From Mobula hypostoma (taxonomy: Eukaryota): 64,000 nucleotides of DNA. The position numbers and the translations under genes were made by a program. Positions 61,455 to 64,000 of this stretch are shown in pieces (positions within the stretch are counted from its first letter, which is position 1; the number at the start of each line of letters is the position of its first letter). The DNA is taken from NCBI RefSeq assembly GCF_963921235.1, contig NC_086108.1, positions 8,928,001 to 8,992,000 on the forward strand, written 5' to 3'. The notes under the pieces are model-generated. The model made no database searches and was not told where the DNA came from. It saw only the letters and a program-made list of their open reading frames with translations.

Positions 61455-62995
61455 CAGGTGTCCCACGCTTTTCGAACATTCGCTTTACAAAACCTCACTG
61501 TTATGAAAGACCTACATTAGTACCCTATTTTCGCTTTCAGAAGGTGTTTTCACTGTTACGAAAGAAAAATTCAGCACGTGATAAAAAAATCAGCGCGCGA
61601 TAAAAGCTGCTCTCCCCCAGATTTGGAACTGCTTTGCTTTAACACGTGCCTGTGAGCAGCCGTTTGCAAGATGAGTTCTATGGTATCGGAAAAGCCTGAA
61701 AGAGCTCGTAAGGGTGTTACACTTATGGTAAAACTAGACATAATTAAGCGTTTTGATCGTGGTGAACTAAGTAAGGACAACGTGAGTTTGACTTGTGGAG
61801 GCTGACGAACATGATGTTGAAGAGGTTTTGGCATCCCATCTCCAAGAACTGACAGATGAAGAGCTGATGCAAATGGAAGAAAAAAAGGATAACAATCAAA
61901 ACCGCATGAGTAATGATAAAGTACAACTTTAATTTTGAAAGGGTACGTAGGTTTAGGAGATATTTGCAGGATGGTTTGAGTCCTTATTAAAGAACTGTAT
62001 GATAGAAAAATGTGCGAGGCTCAGCAGTCAAGCAAGCCTTCCACATCAGCCACAGCAGACGACGAACCTCGACCTTCAACATCGAGGCGGGCAGAGATAG
62101 AAGAAGATGAGCTGCCTGCTCTAATGGAAACAGACAACGAGATGACACCCCAGTGTCTCACCACCCCAACAGCCAGGCCACGGACAGATACTGTACTGAT
62201 TCGCGGAGAATGCAAAGGTAGCCGGGAGGCACACAGCACATCTTTAAGAAAAAAGCCGAAATAAACATGCTAATTATTAGGTGCCGCCCGGCACGTGATT
62301 GTCGGCCCAGATCAGAGACGACGCAATCGGAAATCGGCACTGATCTGGGCCGACAATTACGGGCGGCACCTAATTAATTAGCATGTTTGTTTTGGCTTTT
62401 TTCTTAAAGATGTGCTGTGTACCTCCCGGCTACTGCTGGACCCCTGCGTTCTTCAGTGGCCTGGAGGGTGGGGGGCCACTGCACCACCCAAACTCCGACT
62501 CAGTCTAACACACCATCATCAGTGTGCTCTGCCTGAACCAATTCCGGTCAGTGATACTACACTGTACATACATTATTTCTACTTTATATCGGCTGTGTAT
62601 TTTTACGTGTTATTTGGTTTGATTTGGCAGCTTCATAGTTTAAAGGTTACTGGAGAGCGCTTGCGCCGTGTTTTTGCCAACAGCGCTTGCGTGAGATTTT
62701 CTGCCGACGGCGCTTGCGTGAGATTTTCGCTGCGGAGAACAGTTCAGTAATGATTGTGGAAAAGTATTTCTACTTTATATCGGCTGTGTATTTATCATAT
62801 CATTCCTGCTTTTACTATGTGTTACTGTTATTTTATGTGTTATTTGGCATGATTTGGTAGGTTATTTCTGGGTCTGCGAACGCTCACAAATTTTTCCCAT
62901 ATAAATAAATGGTAATTGCTTCTTTGCTTTACGACATTCCGGCTTACGAACCGTTTCATAGCAACGCTCGACCTTCGGATGGCGGGGGAAACCTG
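61455..62995 (+). mobile_element. Non-autonomous Tigger/pogo-like DNA transposon
   Basis: Imperfect TIRs: caggtgtcccacgcttttcgaa on the left and, in reverse complement, caggtttcccccgccatccgaa followed by TA on the right. Transposase remnants are the N-terminal HTH (RKGVTLMVKLDIIKRFDRGE) and the acidic C-terminus (DVEEVLASHLQELTDEELMQME). The DDE domain is deleted. Confidence 0.75.
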
Positions 62996-62999
62996 TATG

Positions 63000-64000
63000 A
63001 AGTATTGGTGGGTCTTGGCCTGCACTCACTGGAACTCAGAAGAATGAGGGGGGATTTCAATGAAAATTATTGAACATTGAAAGGCTTCAGCAGTGTGGAC
63101 GGACAGAAGATGCGTCCTATGGTGGGACCAGAAGGATGTCCATTTAGAACGGAGATGAGGAGGAATTTCTTTAACCAGAGAGTGGTGAATCTGTGGAATC
63201 TGTTGACAAAGGCAGCTGTGAAGGCCATGATGAAAAGGCTGTGTCCTCTAGTCTTCGACTTTCCCACCATAGGAAACAAACTCTCCACACCCACTCTACT
63301 GAGACCTTTCAACATTTTATAGGTTTCAATACAGTCACCCCTGTCTTCTGAATTCCAGTGAGTACAGGCCCAGTACCATCAAACGCTCCTCATACAACAA
63401 GCCTTTCAATCCATAGTAGTCATAGTCATACTTATTGATCCCGGGGGAAAATGGTTTTCGTTACAGTTGCACCATAAATAATTAAATAGTAATAAAACAT
63501 AGAAACATAGAAAATAGGTGCAGGAGTAGGCCATTCGGCCCTTCGAGCTTGCACCGCCATTTATTATGATCATGGCTGATCATCCAACTCAGAACCCCGC
63601 CCCAGCCTTCCCTCCATACCCCGATCACCATAGCCACAAGGGCCATATCTAACTCCCTCTTAAATATAGCCAATGAACTGGCCTCAACTGTTTCCTGTGG
63701 CAGAGAATTCCACAGATTCACCACTCTCTGTGTGAAGAAGTTTTTCCTCATCTCGGTCCTAAAAGGCTTCCCCTTTATCCTCAAACTGTGACCCCTTGTT
63801 CTGGACTTCCCCAACATCGGGAACAATCTTCCTGCATCTAGCCTGTCCAATCCCTTTAGGATTTTATACGTTTCAATCAGATCCCCCCTCAATCTTCTAA
63901 ATTCCAACGAGTACAAGCCCAGTTCATCCAGTCTTTCTTCATATGGAAGTCCTGCCATCCCAGGAATCAATCTGGTGAACCTTCTTTGTACTCCCTCTAT
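63000..64000. mobile_element. Cluster of CR1 3' fragments, including a young minus-strand copy at ~63495-64000 that runs off the window
   Basis: Encodes MIPGMAGLPYEERL...RGDLIETYKILKG...TRGHSLRI...FFTQRVVNLWNSLP and has an (atagaaac)n tail. Confidence 0.87.

Overview
This is vertebrate genomic DNA. The CR1, Rex1/Babar, V-SINE and Penelope content points to a cartilaginous fish, probably a ray; that assignment is inferred from the repeats. The only host gene I can support is the 3' part of EHD2 (EH-domain-containing ATPase 2) on the minus strand. Three coding exons with canonical GT-AG sites are visible: 49733-50145 (413 nt), 17875-18039 (165 nt) and 13956-14492 (last exon). The upstream exons were not found and probably lie beyond base 64000. 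The rest is mostly transposon-derived or tandemly repeated: many CR1 and Rex1/Babar LINE 3' fragments, RTE-related short elements, tRNA-derived SINEs, a young 4.7-kb L1 with a 16-bp target-site duplication (TSD), a deleted Gypsy element, a Tx1-like remnant, a Tigger/pogo derivative, Penelope-like remnants, a 6.1-kb 34-bp satellite and two 33-bp minisatellites. Four observations stand out. (i) A ~184-bp foldback element flanked by a direct repeat carries a Penelope-type minimal hammerhead ribozyme core, and a collapsed sister copy exists elsewhere in the window. (ii) Two unrelated satellites each grew inside a SINE. (iii) Near-identical 95-bp arrays lie in inverted orientation on either side of EHD2 exon 4. 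(iv) An unexplained CpG-rich insert sits in a V-SINE. I see no CRISPR array or prokaryotic system. Most ORF-track entries are repeat or transposon artefacts. TE boundaries are read by eye and are approximate unless a TSD is given.
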